A stretch of 64,000 bases of DNA from Hypanus sabinus. Taxonomy: Eukaryota. Location: positions 21,452,001 to 21,516,000 of the forward strand of contig NC_082731.1 in NCBI RefSeq assembly GCF_030144855.1. The letters run 5' to 3'. Position 1 is the stretch's first letter; every line of letters starts with the position of its first letter. The notes below the pieces were generated by a model that was not told the origin of the DNA, made no database searches, and saw only the letters and a list, made by a program, of their open reading frames with translations. Below, piece by piece: positions 1 to 13,869 of this stretch. Both the position numbers and the translations under genes were made by a program.

Positions 1-1530
1 AGAGGCACGTGCAAGACACTTATCTTTACTACTGTCATCGCACCATTGCCATGATTTACTCACGCGAATCGGTACATTTTTGGAATGTATACGTAACCGG
101 ACCACGTGCAGGAAACCGACATATAGTTATGACATCGGACTCACAGTGCAGAAGATATGCAGGAGCTCAGAAAAACAACCCACAACAACAGCTCCTAAAC
201 ATCATCATATTATCAATATAAGCAAAACAGTCGAACTGTAGTCGTCCAGATGTAAATCTCAGCTACATTTCACAGACTTGGTTAATCAACATAGAATCGC
301 ACTATGTTATCTGTTGTTGGAAAGGGAACAACGCCCGTACACCAATCAGTCGGTTCATTCACTCTAATTATGATGTCAAGCTAATAAATTCTCTCAAGTT
401 CGAGTTTAAATTAGTTCATCAATACGATTGGTATGCACCTCGGCATAGTCAGAGGTTAGAGCGTTATACCTGGTGTCACTTGGATAAGGTAGCTTTCCTT
501 CAGTACCCTCATGCCTCTGAACCACATCGGGCGCTTTTCTTGTCACTGCATTTTCAGTAGCGAATCAGTTCTTGCAATTAGATTCAGCTTCTCGATAGCA
601 TGGCGTCTCAGTAGTTTTTAGAAGGGATTCTGAATAACATAATCATCCGATTTTTGTTGTTTCTCATTTTCAGCTCTGGTAGCAGTGAACTTTACTTTCA
701 CGCTTTTTTGAAATGTTTCCCTCTCACCATCAAATCTATCACTGTTGGGCTGAGTGTGATACTAAAATCCCTTGCCAGTCTGTGACAGTCCAGGATGGAT
801 GTGCTATTTGTCACTGTGTCCACAATGAACTTCACTGACTCATTATGGTACTGCCTAGTGCACCACCCTTCTCTATTTGAGACTGAGTCTCAAGAAAAAT
901 ATTCTCTTTGTCTGAATCATGGGCTTCCTTGACATTTTGAAGAATTGTTTTTGAATGGCGCTCCGTTCTGTAATTGACTAGAGATGCATTTTATTTGCTG
1001 AGCAGACCTTTTGACGTTGAATGGAGAATTGCTCCTTCTCATACCGGTAGTTTTTTTTTAATACTATTTAATTAACTTGTTTATTTTTGTTTTTCTTTTA
1101 GCTGCACTCTACTGACATCTCTTTCGGCAGACTTTCTAACTGTACTTGTCTGGTATTTATCATTTTTCGGCAGCTGCTAGCATTATCTCAGAATCTCTTT
1201 CCTGCCAGTTTTCTGCGAGTTGCTAACGATAATTTTCACTCTGCCTGGCCATGGTAATAAAATCATCTGGTGAAAGTTTCAACGGCAGCATTAGTGTCTC
1301 TGACAAGTTGATGCCCAACAGCCCGACAACAATCCTGTCTCCAATGAACTCCTGCCCAAGATCTATATATGCACAGCTGTCTCACAGGACATACAATTCT
1401 GTCATGAACTTATCTACACATTCATCTGGTCCCTTTTTGCTGGAGTTGTACTTTGTTTTCCTGTATATTAGCTTTCTCTGCGAAATATTCATGTTTGATT
1501 GTTTATTTATTATTTCCTTAATTAGCCTTC
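1..1530 (-). mobile_element. Degenerate Ty3/Gypsy LTR retrotransposon, gag to RT
   Basis: Minus strand reads gag 'KFMTELYVL*DSCAYIDLGQEFIGDRIVVGLLGINLSETLM...MARQSE' (about 1200-1420) and RT start 'PLTMPRCIPIVLMN*FKLELER...IIRVNEPTDWCTGVVPF...VRFYVD' (about 280-480). Many stops. Confidence 0.8.
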
Positions 1531-1779
1531 AAGTTTTATTTTCTTCTCAACGATTCTTCTGATATTTCTGAATTCTCTGCTCTCTCTGTTTCTCTGTGCA
1601 CTTCCGTAGACTGGTGCACACCGATTATAACAATGTTTCCACTTATCGAAGTAAGTTGAGGGTGTTAACTTGAAAAACCGTTTATTCATCCCTGGCCTGA
1701 TTGTGCGTGGATTTAGATGTTACCGGTAATTGCTAAAGGGACATCCCAAAGTGATGGCCACAGGATACTCAAACCGAAT

Positions 1780-2300
1780 CAACGTATGGATTATCACCAT
1801 CAGTAGCTTATCAGAAATGGGATCCACTTCCGGGGCAAACGACCACCAAGGCAAGGGTACACATAATGGTAGATTCCACAAGGTTACGCCAACCATACAG
1901 CGTGAAAGCCACTTATCCAGTTCCAATACATACGAAGTAACTCCAACAGTGATTTGCAACAGAGGTGCCTTCTTCACTGAAATACCACAACCACACTGGG
2001 GTAAAACACAAAAGTGGCAATCACAAACGTGCCACCCTCATCAGAGAACCCACCCCTGTGGATTAACTATGTGCCAATCACACTTTCGTATTCGAATGGA
2101 ATCAAACTCACCCTTACGAGCTACTTGGAGAACCCAAACAGTGATATCTTTGTCACTAAGTTTCTTCTGTTTCAAACCTTCCACGCCAGTCCTCTCCTCT
2201 CTGCAAAGTTCATCTTTTGCAGCACTTGTGAGAAACATTTATCAATACACTGGATCGAACTCAACTCACCCCTTCGGGCTATTGAAAGTTTAAACGATCG
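1780..2300 (-). mobile_element. Relic of a Tx1/L1-clade ORF1 (CCHC zinc-knuckle type)
   Basis: 'LSDKDITVWV', 'VFY', a frameshifted 'EEGHL..C' and terminal 'SFA' resemble Tx1-like ORF1; heavily decayed. Confidence 0.45.
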
Positions 2301-3099
2301 ACTGCACACACTATTGTCTTTCAGTGACCGAAACCATCTCGAAACTGACTCTGTGTGTCTCTGTGTCCTTGTATAACAAAATAAGCAGCAGAAAAAATGT
2401 AAACATTTAATATCCATCAGATAATTCCACCTCTCTCTCCAAAGTAACCAAGCGATTTTGTAGTGAGGTCAAATCCAACAGTGTCCAAAGTCCGTCTCAT
2501 TTTCTCCGTATTTTAAAGTGACAGTGCACTGATAAAAATGAACCCTAGAGGTGTATAACAGATATATTTTTGTAGAGATAGATGTACAGGAGCAACCTGT
2601 ACATTCTCCTTGTGTTTCCCACTTGATTTGGTTCATCGATGATCAATCAGTTCTAACGACATGCTGTGTTTGCCTAACGACATGCTGTGTTTGTCGTCAG
2701 GGGTAGTTGCATGTACATCAGATCAGCAGCATATGGGACATTCAAATGACATTTGGTCAGAGAGAGTGCCTGTGCAGTGTGTGAACACTCCCACGTGGGA
2801 GTGGCTAAATGAATGGTATAGGAATTAACTCCCACGACCATACCCATGATGTAGTTGCCTGGGTCAACAGCTTACTCCATTTTTTTTCGCATCCTGTTAA
2901 TTGGCTCCGGTCTACCAGACGGAGATGCCATCATTCCAAACAATTTTCGCCGTGTCAGTGGAAATGTGAACAGGTGTTCATTATACTACAGAGAGAAAAC
3001 AAAAGGACTGAGTCTGTATTATGGAAAACAAATACTATAATAGCATTCATTTCAGAACAACAATACTTTATAAGGTTTCCGTCGGACCGCACCTAGAGT

Positions 3100-3560
3100 T
3101 TTGTGAGCAGTTTTAGATGTTTTCTAAAATACTGAAGGAGCTGGAATGGGAGAAGTTCGAGAAAATGTACAGGAGTGTGATTCCGGCAATTTGTCAGTTA
3201 ACGTAAGAGCAGCAATTGTGGGACCTGGTTCCGAATCGCTCGAGTTCGAAAGAAATATGCGGGATACCGTGAAATCTATCTAATTCAATAGCCTGGAGAG
3301 AGTGGGTGCAGAGGGATATTTCATATCGTGGACACAGTCTCAAAATACAAGGACGTCCATTTGGAACAGTTATTAGATGACATTTCTTTAGCTGCATGTT
3401 GGTCAATCTGTGGAAATCGTTGCAACGGGCGTCTCTGAGGCCAGGTCCTTGTGCATACATTATTTAAGTAAAGGTTGATAGTTTATTGATTAGTAACACC
3501 CACAATGTGTACCTGGAGTAGGCAGAACAAGCTGAGAGAAGTAGATATCAGCCATCGTGG
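3100..3560 (+). mobile_element. Old CR1 LINE 3' fragment
   Basis: Nucleotide pattern of the CR1 ORF2 C-terminus (gagagagtgggtgcagagggatatttc...ggtcaatctgtggaaatcgttgc...gaggccagg) and 3' UTR. Confidence 0.6.
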
Positions 3561-3750
3561 TCTGACGGATCAGTCCCGAAACGCGAAGTCAACTAGTTCT
3601 ACCGCAATGTCTTAGGGACTTTTGGAAACACTGTCGAGATATTCTTGTTCTTTTTACTGCATGTATCTAATGCATGTACAGCTAATCGTGGTCAGCCATC
3701 TCTCCACAGTCTGAATTATTCACTCTGCACATTGAAGTTCAAGCAGTATT

Positions 3751-4320
3751 AGAACATAGAACATATAAATCAACAGCACGTTATAGGCCTTTCCGCCTGT
3801 AATATTGTGCCGACCATGTAATTTATTTTAGAAACTCCTTTGCATTTCCCTACCGCATAGCTCTCTGTTTTTTTCTTAACTCCATGTACCTTTCTAATCT
3901 TCTATTAAAAAAACGTATATTGTGTATGCCTCTGTCACCGTGGATGGCATTGCGTTCCACTCCGCCACAGATCTCTATGGGAAAATCACTCCTCAAAATT
4001 CCCCTTATACCTACTGACAAGCAAATTAAAACGATGTTTCTTCCTGTTAGCTCTTTAAGCACTGGGGCGAAGACTTTGGCTGTCCACACGTTAATGCCAC
4101 ATATTATATTATACAACTCTATCAGGTCACGTCTCATCCTCCGATACTCCAAGGAGGAAAGGATGAGTTCGCCAGCTATTCTCCAAATCATGTTCTCAAA
4201 TCCAGGCAATGTCCTTGTAAATTTCCTCTGCACTATCTCTACAGTATATATAAAGTTTCTGTAGTGAATTGATCAGAACTGAGCACAATATTCCCATCGG
4301 AGTTCAACACAGATATGTGT
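3751..4320 (-). mobile_element. CR1 LINE 3' end
   Basis: ORF 3850-4233 'MQRKFTRTLPG...LSSLEYRRMRRDLIELYNII'; agaacatagaacat tail at 3751. Confidence 0.85.
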
Positions 4321-4379
4321 GAAGTGGTTCATTCTTGTAGGTCAAAAATAATGGCGAAATATAATATTGATGATAAGAT

Positions 4380-5078
4380 TCCTGGCACTGTATATCTGAC
4401 CCCAATATCAGAGGGATATTGGGGTCCGAATCCATAGGACGCACAAAGCACCTGCGCAAGTTGACGATGTGCTTTAGGATCGTGAGATTGAATTTACGAG
4501 CCAAAGAGGTAATGTTGCAGCTTTACAGGACACTGGGCAGACCGCAATTGGAATATGGTGCTCAGCTCTAGTCACCTCACTACATGAAAGATGTAGAAGC
4601 AGTAGAGAGGGTGCAGAGCAGATTTACAAGGATGTTGCCTGGATTGGGCAGCATGCCTTATGTGAATAGGTTGAGTGAACTCGGCCTTTTCTCCTTGGAG
4701 CGAAGGAGGTTGACAGGTGACCTGATAGAAGTGCAGAAGATGATGAGAGGCATTGATCATGTAGATAGTCACAGGCTTTTTCCCGGGGTTGAAATGGTTG
4801 CCACAAGAGGGCACAGGTTGAAGGTGCTGGGGAGTAGATGCTGAGGTGACATCAGGGTTAAGTGTTTTATTCAGAGAGTAAATGTGGAATGGCTGCCGGC
4901 AATGGCCGTGGAGGCGGATACAACGGGGTCTTTTTAGAGACTTTTGGATATGTACATGGAGCTGAGGAATATAGAGGGTCATGCGGATTCTACTGATTTC
5001 TAAGCTAGGGATATGTTCGGCACAACTTTGTGGGCCGATGGGCCTGTATTGTGCTGTAGGTTTTCTGTGTTGCTATGG
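4380..5078 (+). mobile_element. CR1 LINE 3' end
   Basis: ORF 4584-4844 'KDVEAVERVQSRFTRMLPGL...LGLFSLERRRLTGDLIEV'; typical 3' UTR ending ...tgtgctgtaggttttctgtg. Confidence 0.9.
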
Positions 5079-5089
5079 AGTTTAAGTAA

Positions 5090-6560
5090 GGTCTTATATA
5101 GCTTTGCATTTACTTCATGACTCCTGAATTCAAACTCACGATTGATGAAAGCTATCACGCATTACACCTTCGTAACAACACCATCAATCTTTGCAGCGGA
5201 GATGAGTGTGCTATGGAAACGTATCCCAGTATCCTGCTGATTCTCTACACTGTCTAGTGACTTATAATTAATATTATTCCTGTCTTCAAATTTGACCTTT
5301 AACATGAACCTGTTCACACCTATCCAGGTTGACATTCATGCCACTTCTCAACCCAGTTATGCACCATGTTGATATTCAATTTTAATCTCTAACAACTTTC
5401 GAGATTCCCATCAACACCTCCAGGTTTTGTGTCATCAGCATACTTACAAATACACCTTTCTACTTCCGCATTCCAAACATTTATAAAAATCAGAACGAGG
5501 AAGGGTCTGAGAACACATTCATGACGAGCACTACTGGTCACCGCCCTCCATGCAGAATATGAAATATTCTTAACCGCACATTGGCCTTCAATGAACTAGA
5601 CAATTTTGTATCTACAAAGCAAGGTCTCCATGAATACTGTGCCTTATCATATTCTGAATACGCCTTAAAGTGTAAACCTTATCAAATACCTTTCTGATAT
5701 CCATATACTCTACGTCCACTATATTATCTTCATCAATATGCTTTGTTACATCCTTAAATAAGGTAATCGGGCTCATAGGACACCACCTACCCTTGCAAAG
5801 TCATGCTAAATATCCTTAATCAGATTATTTTCCTCCAAATGCTCATAAATCCTGCCCCTCGGGATGTTCTCCAACAGCGTGCCCACCACTAAAGTGTGAT
5901 TCACTGGTCAGTAATTTCCTGAGTTATGCTTACTTAGTTTCTGCAGCAAGGGAAAACATTTGCAAACTTCCAGTCCTTTGGTATTCCCTCGTTGCAATTG
6001 ATGATAAAAATATTATGGTCAGATTCAGCAATCTTCTCTTTCGCCTCCCGCAGTATGCTGGGCTATATCTCGTGCGACACTGCCGGCTTATCTACATATA
6101 GCTGTCAAAAGCTCCAGCACATTCTCCTCATGAATGTCTATAAACTCAATCGTTTCAGTCGCTGCAGTGATCCCGACAATCGCCAAGCTGCTTTTCACTG
6201 GTGAGTATGATTCCTGTATATCACTGCTCATTATTTTTGGCCAACTTCAGCCTTCACTCTATCTGACCGTTACTCGATCTATCGCATTTAATTCATCTTC
6301 CAACTGCCCTGACTTTCCAACTTGAGCCTTTCGCTTTCCAAAGTAAATCCAACTGTCTGTTGCTCTTCTGCCATTATTAACCCAATACCTTCAGTTCATC
6401 TCACAGTCTCACGATCTATACCGTTGGACTTTGCTATCGGTTCTCTCAGCCCAGCCGTGGTACAATGTTTGACTGCCAAAGCTGACCTTTTCTCTTGTCG
6501 TGGAAATGCAACTCGGCTTCCTGATTTTTCTCAATATAGATTTGGTGCAAGTTTCAGTCA
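5090..6560 (-). mobile_element. Old CR1 ORF2 (RT) relic
   Basis: Antisense CR1 hallmarks (cactggtcagtaatttcctgag = YRPVS region; ccaaatgctcataaat; 'MAEE' motif near 6370). Confidence 0.55.
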
Positions 6561-7949
6561 CTAAAACATCTTGCCCTTATGCCAGGTCGTTCTTCTATTC
6601 AAATCGTTATGCAAGATAGTATTTGTTTGAGTCATCCAAGTATATTTAATTGGAAATTACAAAGCAGGAATGACATTTAAATGTTAATTAATATTTGCAT
6701 AAAACATAATTTGTTCTTTATATTTCACAACACTTCTCTTTAACTTACGGATGATTATGAGAGTTTTCGGTATTTCATTTTTTTTCACCATCTACCACAC
6801 TTTGAATTCCCGTCACGTAGAACTAAATGCTGCTCATTTTATTTTTCAAAACAAAAAGAAGTAGCCGCGAGATTTTAAAATTAACAATCTAGTATGCGAT
6901 TCCAACCTGCGCGTACAAAGCATATTGTATTCACAGTTCCTCGAATTAAATCTTCCACTAGCTCGCCACATGTATATTAAAGTCAGTTGCATTTGTTAGG
7001 CTTAATACGTTTGTGTATCATCTTCATGCCTAACCTTACATATTGTCCGTGTTCCCACTTACTTTCATTCGAACAGCTAGCCCCAGTTCCGCTTATTTCA
7101 AATTGTTCTATTCATGCATCCATTAAAATGTATTTTGAATGTTGGAACTGTTCACGCCTTTTACAAATACTCCACCAGACCGTTCCACACATTCACAACA
7201 TTCCATTTGGAAAACATTGCACTTACATCACGGTTAATTAGTTCCCAACTTACTTCACACCTATGATCAATATGTGTACATTTGTTTCCTTGGGAAAAAC
7301 TGTTATAATCTAAATTTAATTTAACCTGCTGGATTTTATAACCTTTATTATCCGTAATGATCATCCGTTATCGAAGACAAAAAAAGCAGTATCTGCCTAT
7401 TTTGACGTCTAATTGACTCCCGTTATTTACTCCCGTTAACATCATGTGCATCTTTGCAGTTTTGTCTGTAGCTTATTCATTATTTCATCAAGCAAGTGGA
7501 CATCCATACTTGGGCATTTGGCTTAATTGGGCGGTTGTAGGCCATTTTCACTCCTAGTCCACTCCTAATCATACTGTGGCTCTCCGAGGGCATGATCGAC
7601 AGGCGCACAAACATTCCGAGTTGAAATCATTATTCTTTGCCCTTGTTTTCAATTGTATTTGTGGGATTTTGGTGGGATGTTCAAGTTCATTAGGTATTGC
7701 ATTTTAGCTTAAATTATACAGCTAATCGATATTGTGTTTGTGTGTCACCCTGAATGCAACGAGGTGTGAAATAATCACCTACTTCCTCTGTAGGTGACTG
7801 CGGGAATAATCTGTTCGAACCATAAATCCCGGTCATTTTCCTGTTCTTGTCACAATAAACAGGCTAGTTGAGATAAAAGTGACCCAATATTCGCCACATG
7901 GATGTCATAGTGGGATCCGAAATTGACTGCCAAAATGAAGATACGGATT

Positions 7950-10250
7950 CGGACTGTGGTCCACATCCGCGGAAGCGTTCACAGCTCTCACAAACAACAC
8001 AAAGCGACGCAGTCATTGGAGGACGGACACAGCGGCAGGCAGCATCACCGCAATGGGATAAAGAGTAGGGACAACGGGCCGATGTAATAGACTGCACAAT
8101 GTCCACCCTGTATCTCCGTGGATACAGCACAATCGGATTCCCGGTGCCTTACCAGATGCAGGTTAACTTTCCGCAGGGAATAACAGCCGGAGCACCAATT
8201 CGCTCTGTTGGTGGAGAGGTTGTTCTCAATGACCATTCTCGGTCTATGGCCAGATGAGCAGCATAGCTAAAGGAACCATGGAGTGGCGCTGGAACAACTT
8301 TTCGAGCAATGTCCATCTGGGAAAGCGTTGAGAGTGAAAGTGGTATGCAGATCGTGGCGGGGAGGAGGGGTGTTGTGAGAAGCCTGGGGGAGAGATTTTG
8401 CAGCAGATGTCCACTTCCTGAGTACTACTGTCGTGTCCTCGGGTGAGAATGTCTAAGCCGTGCCAGGGCTAGGGTGTGGAGCACTGAGAGCTTTGTTCAG
8501 TACCAGCGGAGATAACTAAAAAAACACCTTGACTAGCATCTCGACATCTTCGCAGCCAAAGTCGAGGACTGCAGACGCACGTGGTTTGTCCAACAGCATG
8601 TCCTTCGCCTGCTCTCGCCAAACGCAAGACACAGTGCCAGCAGATTGAATAAATGGCATAGATTAGCTTCACTGTACGGTTTGACAGCCCGTGAGCAGCC
8701 CTAGCGATTTTGATCAGAATGAAACATAGGTCGCTGTAGTTCTGCACGACCCATAGGCCTCCGGACCACTGCCACGAATTCAAGATTGTTTTGAATTGCA
8801 TGGCGGGTTCGATCTAAGTCATCTTTCTCACCTTCACAGTGGCTACGGACAGGTGAACTGTCTCGAGTGGTCTAAAGTTAGATTGCCTTCACCATTAAGA
8901 ACGGTGGCACTCCCGAGCAATGCCGCATGGCCCATCTAAAGCCTTGACTACATTCGGGAGGATTATGGTGAAGAAACTGGCTGACATTTCAAGGAGTAGA
9001 TGTGTCATTCAGATATTCTGTCTGTGCTGTCCGTCGTTTCAGATGTTGCCCTACCGAAACCGGAGAAGGTCTTCACCGCCATCCTGCAGGCGAGCCTGCG
9101 CCTCAATCCACAAATTACAGCCTGCTGCGCCACCATACAATGTTCCTGGGCATTGGTTCTGTGCAGCAGGTGCGTCCACGGTTCTGGCATTCGCATCTTT
9201 CCGTGGAATATTATCATACCTTGCCGGTTTATCGGGTACCTCGCCTCTTTATTTGATACTCTGCACCAGCTCAGAGAGAAGGGGGGGGGGGGGGGGGTAT
9301 ATCCGCCTGGACTCACACCTGCGCTGCTGCCTAAGACCAGCACGGAACTGCGTTCACTGCGGCCCTGTATTTGCGTATGTGATCCAGTGTGCACCTATTA
9401 TGGTTGCAACAGACGCCAGCAAAGTCGTGATCGGCGCAGAGCTGTGACCGGATGGGATCAAATGCGAACGTGTTGTGGAGTGCACCAGTCACAATCAGCG
9501 GAACTATCTCGTCACACACGGAGAGCTGTTGACCTTTGTACAGTCTCTCCTTCACCCGTCTGTAACAGTTCGTCCGAAAATTCCTGCCTATCACGGAATT
9601 TGCGTTGCTCTCTGGCAGTTGAGATTCCACGAACCGGCGGCCAGCTGGTGCTGTCGTTGGACGTTCACCAGGACGACGGTTTGGTCATGTAACCCGGCGC
9701 TGGAATGGCATTGCTGACACCCGTACCTATGAGGCAGCGTGTGTCACTACTGTCTTCGCACCAAGTGGCAGAGCCAAGTTCAGGAGGCGGAGACGCTGCG
9801 CCTGGTACCAATTGGCGGTGACCAATTGGTACCATCATGGATTACCCGAAGTTGCGTCGAAACTAGGTGAACATATGACTAAGCGTAGAATGGCAACCGC
9901 TGTGTGGAGAGGTCTCCGCTTGCATCCGAAAACTAAAGCCCTGTCCTTTCTCTTCGACACGTTGGAGGTGCGCTGTGTGATGCTGTTCCGGCGGTGAAAG
10001 TTTTCTGACAGTCATATCCTGCTGCGTTTAATTCCACGGAGGTCAGCGCCACAGTCGTGGCGCGGGCTGCCAAAGGGTGGCTGGCCATTTCTGATTTCGA
10101 AAGACGTTTGGCAGTCTGAGAGAGCCCTCCTATTGTCCTGGTTGTAGGCAGTTCGTGCACTGCTGCGACTCTGGCACATCTCTGAACGGGCCTGCCCGCC
10201 AGTCCAGAGGTCCTAGAGCAGCGTGCAGTGTGAAGCATCGTTGGCCCCGT
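7950..10250 (+). mobile_element. Degenerate Ty3/Gypsy pol (RT, RNase H, integrase relic)
   Basis: 'SP*AALAILIRMKHRSL*FC' (resembles SPYASPIVLVRKKxGSLRxC), 'MPHGPSKALTTFGRIM...CVIQ' (resembles MPFGLxNAPATFQRLM), RNase H 'PIMVATDASKVVIGAEL'. Confidence 0.75.
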
Positions 10251-10689
10251 CTCACATTCTAACTCTGTGAAGCGCTATATTGTCGTAGTTATCTGTTACC
10301 TCATGAGGAGGCCAGACGAGTTGGCATTCCTTGCGGCACCTTAAGAACCAGAAATGAGAGACTGGAGGAGAAGTTCCTCGGCTCCCCTGAGAAACTCCAC
10401 ATTGATCGGAATCGCAGCTTTGAAACTTGTATGTTTATTGAGGTGTATAAAACGGGATAAACACAAAGAGTAATGCCGGAGCGGTCATTCTGGGGATAGA
10501 CAGTATTACATGGGTTATTTGAAGATTTCGCTCTTCGAGGGTAAAGAGCGGAGGTGTTAGAGCTCGTGAAGGCAAAACACTGTTGTAGATTACCCCAGTA
10601 TATTCGTTATTTATTTTACTCAACATCTTACTACTTGATCGGTGGTAATGGTAGGGATGGCAGGCCGGTGTTGAATGCTCCTATTATGG

Positions 10690-13300
10690 GACTTGTGAAG
10701 GCAGAAAGAACTCCAGTGTCCATGACGTCTTTGGCTTCAAGACAATGCATCCAGCTTCAGACTCTAACACTCCGTGTTCAGCAGGTGGACAGCTCATACA
10801 TCGAGATATTTACATCGAAGGTGCAGGACAGAGCAGATTGTGTGACAAACAGGAGGGTGAAATGGATTATGTAACCAATGCACAGTAGCCCTGTGCATAC
10901 GCCCTTGAAAACTGGTATACCGAGTTGGTTATGTTTTTTTGGGGATAGTGGTAATGACCCAGCAGAATATTATCTGATCTGTGAATTCTCTGATACTGAG
11001 GCTGGCCTTGTCTTTCAAAAGAGAATGGGGAATTGATGTAAGTTTTTTTTACAGGGGATTATTTAGTGAGATGAAGTATAAATAATATTCTGTGTTTGAG
11101 AAAGAGTATTCCCGCTGACTATAGGGACCACGGTTCGGTACAGCTCGGATAAGATCCTGAACACATTTAAGTGGCAATATGAGCATCCAGACCGCGTGGT
11201 CCATTTAGGATCCAAAGGCATCGGAATAAACGATGACAATGTTCTGCAAAGCGATTTCAGAGAGATACGTATGAAGTAAAGTGACAGGTAATCCAGGGTT
11301 CTGCTTTCAGTTTTGCTGCCTGCGTCACTTGCTAGTAAGCCGAGAAAAATAATACTGTAGTGTTTAACACATTGCTAAGCAGGTTTTGTAGGATAAAGGG
11401 AGCCAGTTTTATTATTTTTTTCTTTGCTATAACTGGGCTATCTTCAACGGACAGAGGGATCTTCACATAAGTGACGATTTACAGCTAAGTATGCAGGGGG
11501 GAAGGTTATTTAATGATTATCTCCCTGGTTGCGCGTGGCAGTGTCGAGGAAAGATGGTTAAAATCGAGCTGAAGTGGAATGGGAACCAGTGTCAGAACTA
11601 ATTATGAAGGTGTTGTAGAGACAGATGTAGTTAATACCTCATAAAAAAGTCTGCAATCCAAATAGGATGGGCATACAATATGAGCTGCTTGTCTAAGAAA
11701 TATTTTCCGAAAGGCTGATGAGTTCATTGTATAGATCCAACCATTAACTTATAATATTGTGTTCATTTCTGAGGCTTTGTTGCAATAGGATTGACTAAAT
11801 ATCCGGGAATTCTATGGCGTTTGAAAAAATAGAGCAGCTGGGATTACACGGGGATTGATTCTGTTACTCCTCAGGAAAAATGTCATGGCTGTGCTTATCA
11901 AGGGAGACTGGAGAACCCGTCCCGTTTTATTTTTAAAAGTATAACAGAGGAATAAAAAACATAAGAACGAAAACCTTAATGCGGATGTATTATGGAACAC
12001 CACTGGGTTCACAGAAAATTTGCGGAGTGGTCACAGATAGTTGCAAGAAACATCTTGTTATAATATCTCTTTTTCTCTTTCCACATATCGAAAGGAACTC
12101 ACACACGCCACACTTCAAATGGACTAGATGGGATAGAGTGTGCCAAATGCAGTCAGGACAGTTTCTGATAACTATAGATAGAAATCCCAAGGATGGAGGC
12201 TGTAGTATTTGATCAGTTGCTTTGCAGAATTGTCTAGTATAATTCTTTGCATCAACTGATCATAATAGCATTAGCCTCAATATAAGTAAGGAAAAGGATA
12301 AGTCACACTGCGCGTTAAAATACCAAATGGGAGTAAGGCCAATTTAATAGGGTCAGAACGGATCTGCGAAGTGTGCACTGGGACATGGTGTATGTGGTAA
12401 TGGGAGACATTCACAAGAGTAAGTTTTCAGAGTAGAAAGTTTAGTAGGAAAGATTAACAGAGTAAAGGACAAAAACAAGTTCGGGAAACTTGCTTTCCAA
12501 TGGCTATTGATGGTGCGAATACTAAAATAAAGCTGGTGTACCGCAGGAAGAGCAGGTAGGAACAAAACAGCAACTTATTTGTCGGAAATGCATAACAAAA
12601 AGTAAGATAAAACTCAGGAAATTTAAAGGAAGGCGTGATTTGCCTTAGCATAATGTGAATGAGAACTCTAAGGGATTATAAAGATATATTAGGACCAAAG
12701 AATTGCAAGGGACATCTGGTAGATCAAACTGATGTTCAATGCATGAGCCGAAAGAAATGAAGAGATTTTAAATGACAGTTTTGGGAGTGTGTTTAATCGG
12801 GGACTGTATGTAGACTCTATAGAAATAGGCAGTTCTGAGTTCTTGGAGAATATAGAAGTTGCAAAGCCGATCTTCACACTCTGAAGGGAATTAGGGTATT
12901 TAATTACTCACTGTAACAAAGTACTTCCTCGGATCCTTTGGAAGGCAGCTGCAGAAGTTGCAGGGAAAATAAATCTTAGTCAAAGCTGACTTACCGGAAG
13001 ACTGGTGAATAGCTAATATTGTACTGTTGATCAAGGAATATTTTAAAATTTAATCGTGAAATGATTAGAAGTTGAGCCTGATATCAGTAGGAGGAGGAAG
13101 ATTTACAATTATTCTAAAGCACCAGAAGTATTTGTGTTTGGATTGGCAAAGACGATTTAGGAACAGACACCGTAGCTTTGTGTGTGGTGGGTTTGCCTGA
13201 TCAAACATAGCAATTTTTCAGGTGGATAGCAGGAAATTTGATTTCGTCCACAGGAAACTCAGCAAGTCAATTGCGAAGATCTGTTTTTGGAGGTTGGTGA
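10690..13300 (+). mobile_element. Old CR1 element (ORF1 esterase to ORF2), decayed
   Basis: Recognisable CR1 ORF1 (RESRMVCCLPGAR-like, about 11100) and ORF2 endonuclease/RT nucleotide motifs; no long ORF. Confidence 0.6.
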
Positions 13301-13869
13301 AGAGCGTCCTGTCACATGCCAGTCAAGATTAAGCAACAAATTGCATAAAAAATGTCAGTTAATATTAAAAACAAAAACACTACAGCAAATTGCAAAGGAG
13401 AGACAAATAAATAAGAAATTTTTCATATGATCAGGCAGAGGAAAATAATACTCGACAGCAAGAGAATATTTATGTTGACACATTTTTTAAAGGTGTTTCC
13501 ACACACTCACTTGTTGGTAATCATGAATTGCTGCAGAGCATGCATTGTTGATCTCGAGCATTTGTCCACCATTTCTGCACTAATTATCAAGCCAAAATAT
13601 AGTAATTCTGTTTATCAAAATCGAATCCATATGTTACGATACTCAGCTCATTCAATAACTTCCCCATCAGCCTCTTTGTAGCTGCTTCGGCAGTTTCCTC
13701 AGAAGATTTAAAATCTGCACGGTTTTCGAAATATGCACTTTTCAAGCTTCTTTTAACACTCCTCATTCTAATGTTTTTAATGTTTTGAACGAACATACCA
13801 GAAAAAGCGGTCGACGTCATTGAGAACGTAATACGAGCTAGTTTTCATTCAGGAAGGACATTGAAATTT

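Noticed and set aside
9-60. Plus-strand 'DTYLYYC' resembling a V-domain DxxxYYC end
   Set aside because: Antisense to the Gypsy pol relic, opposite to the V orientation, and no valid heptamer/nonamer follows.
1730-2293. Long ORFs such as 1730-2293, 9000-9692, 19055-19630 and 27196-27882
   Set aside because: Antisense or alternative frames of retroelements, not host genes.
2786-2803. 18-bp perfect palindrome centred on CACGTG; also a 21-bp direct duplication at 2653-2693
   Set aside because: About 0.2 such palindromes are expected by chance in 64 kb; no supporting context.
9281-9297. 17-nt poly-G tract
   Set aside because: Homopolymer expansion inside a dead Gypsy element; length may be a sequencing artefact.
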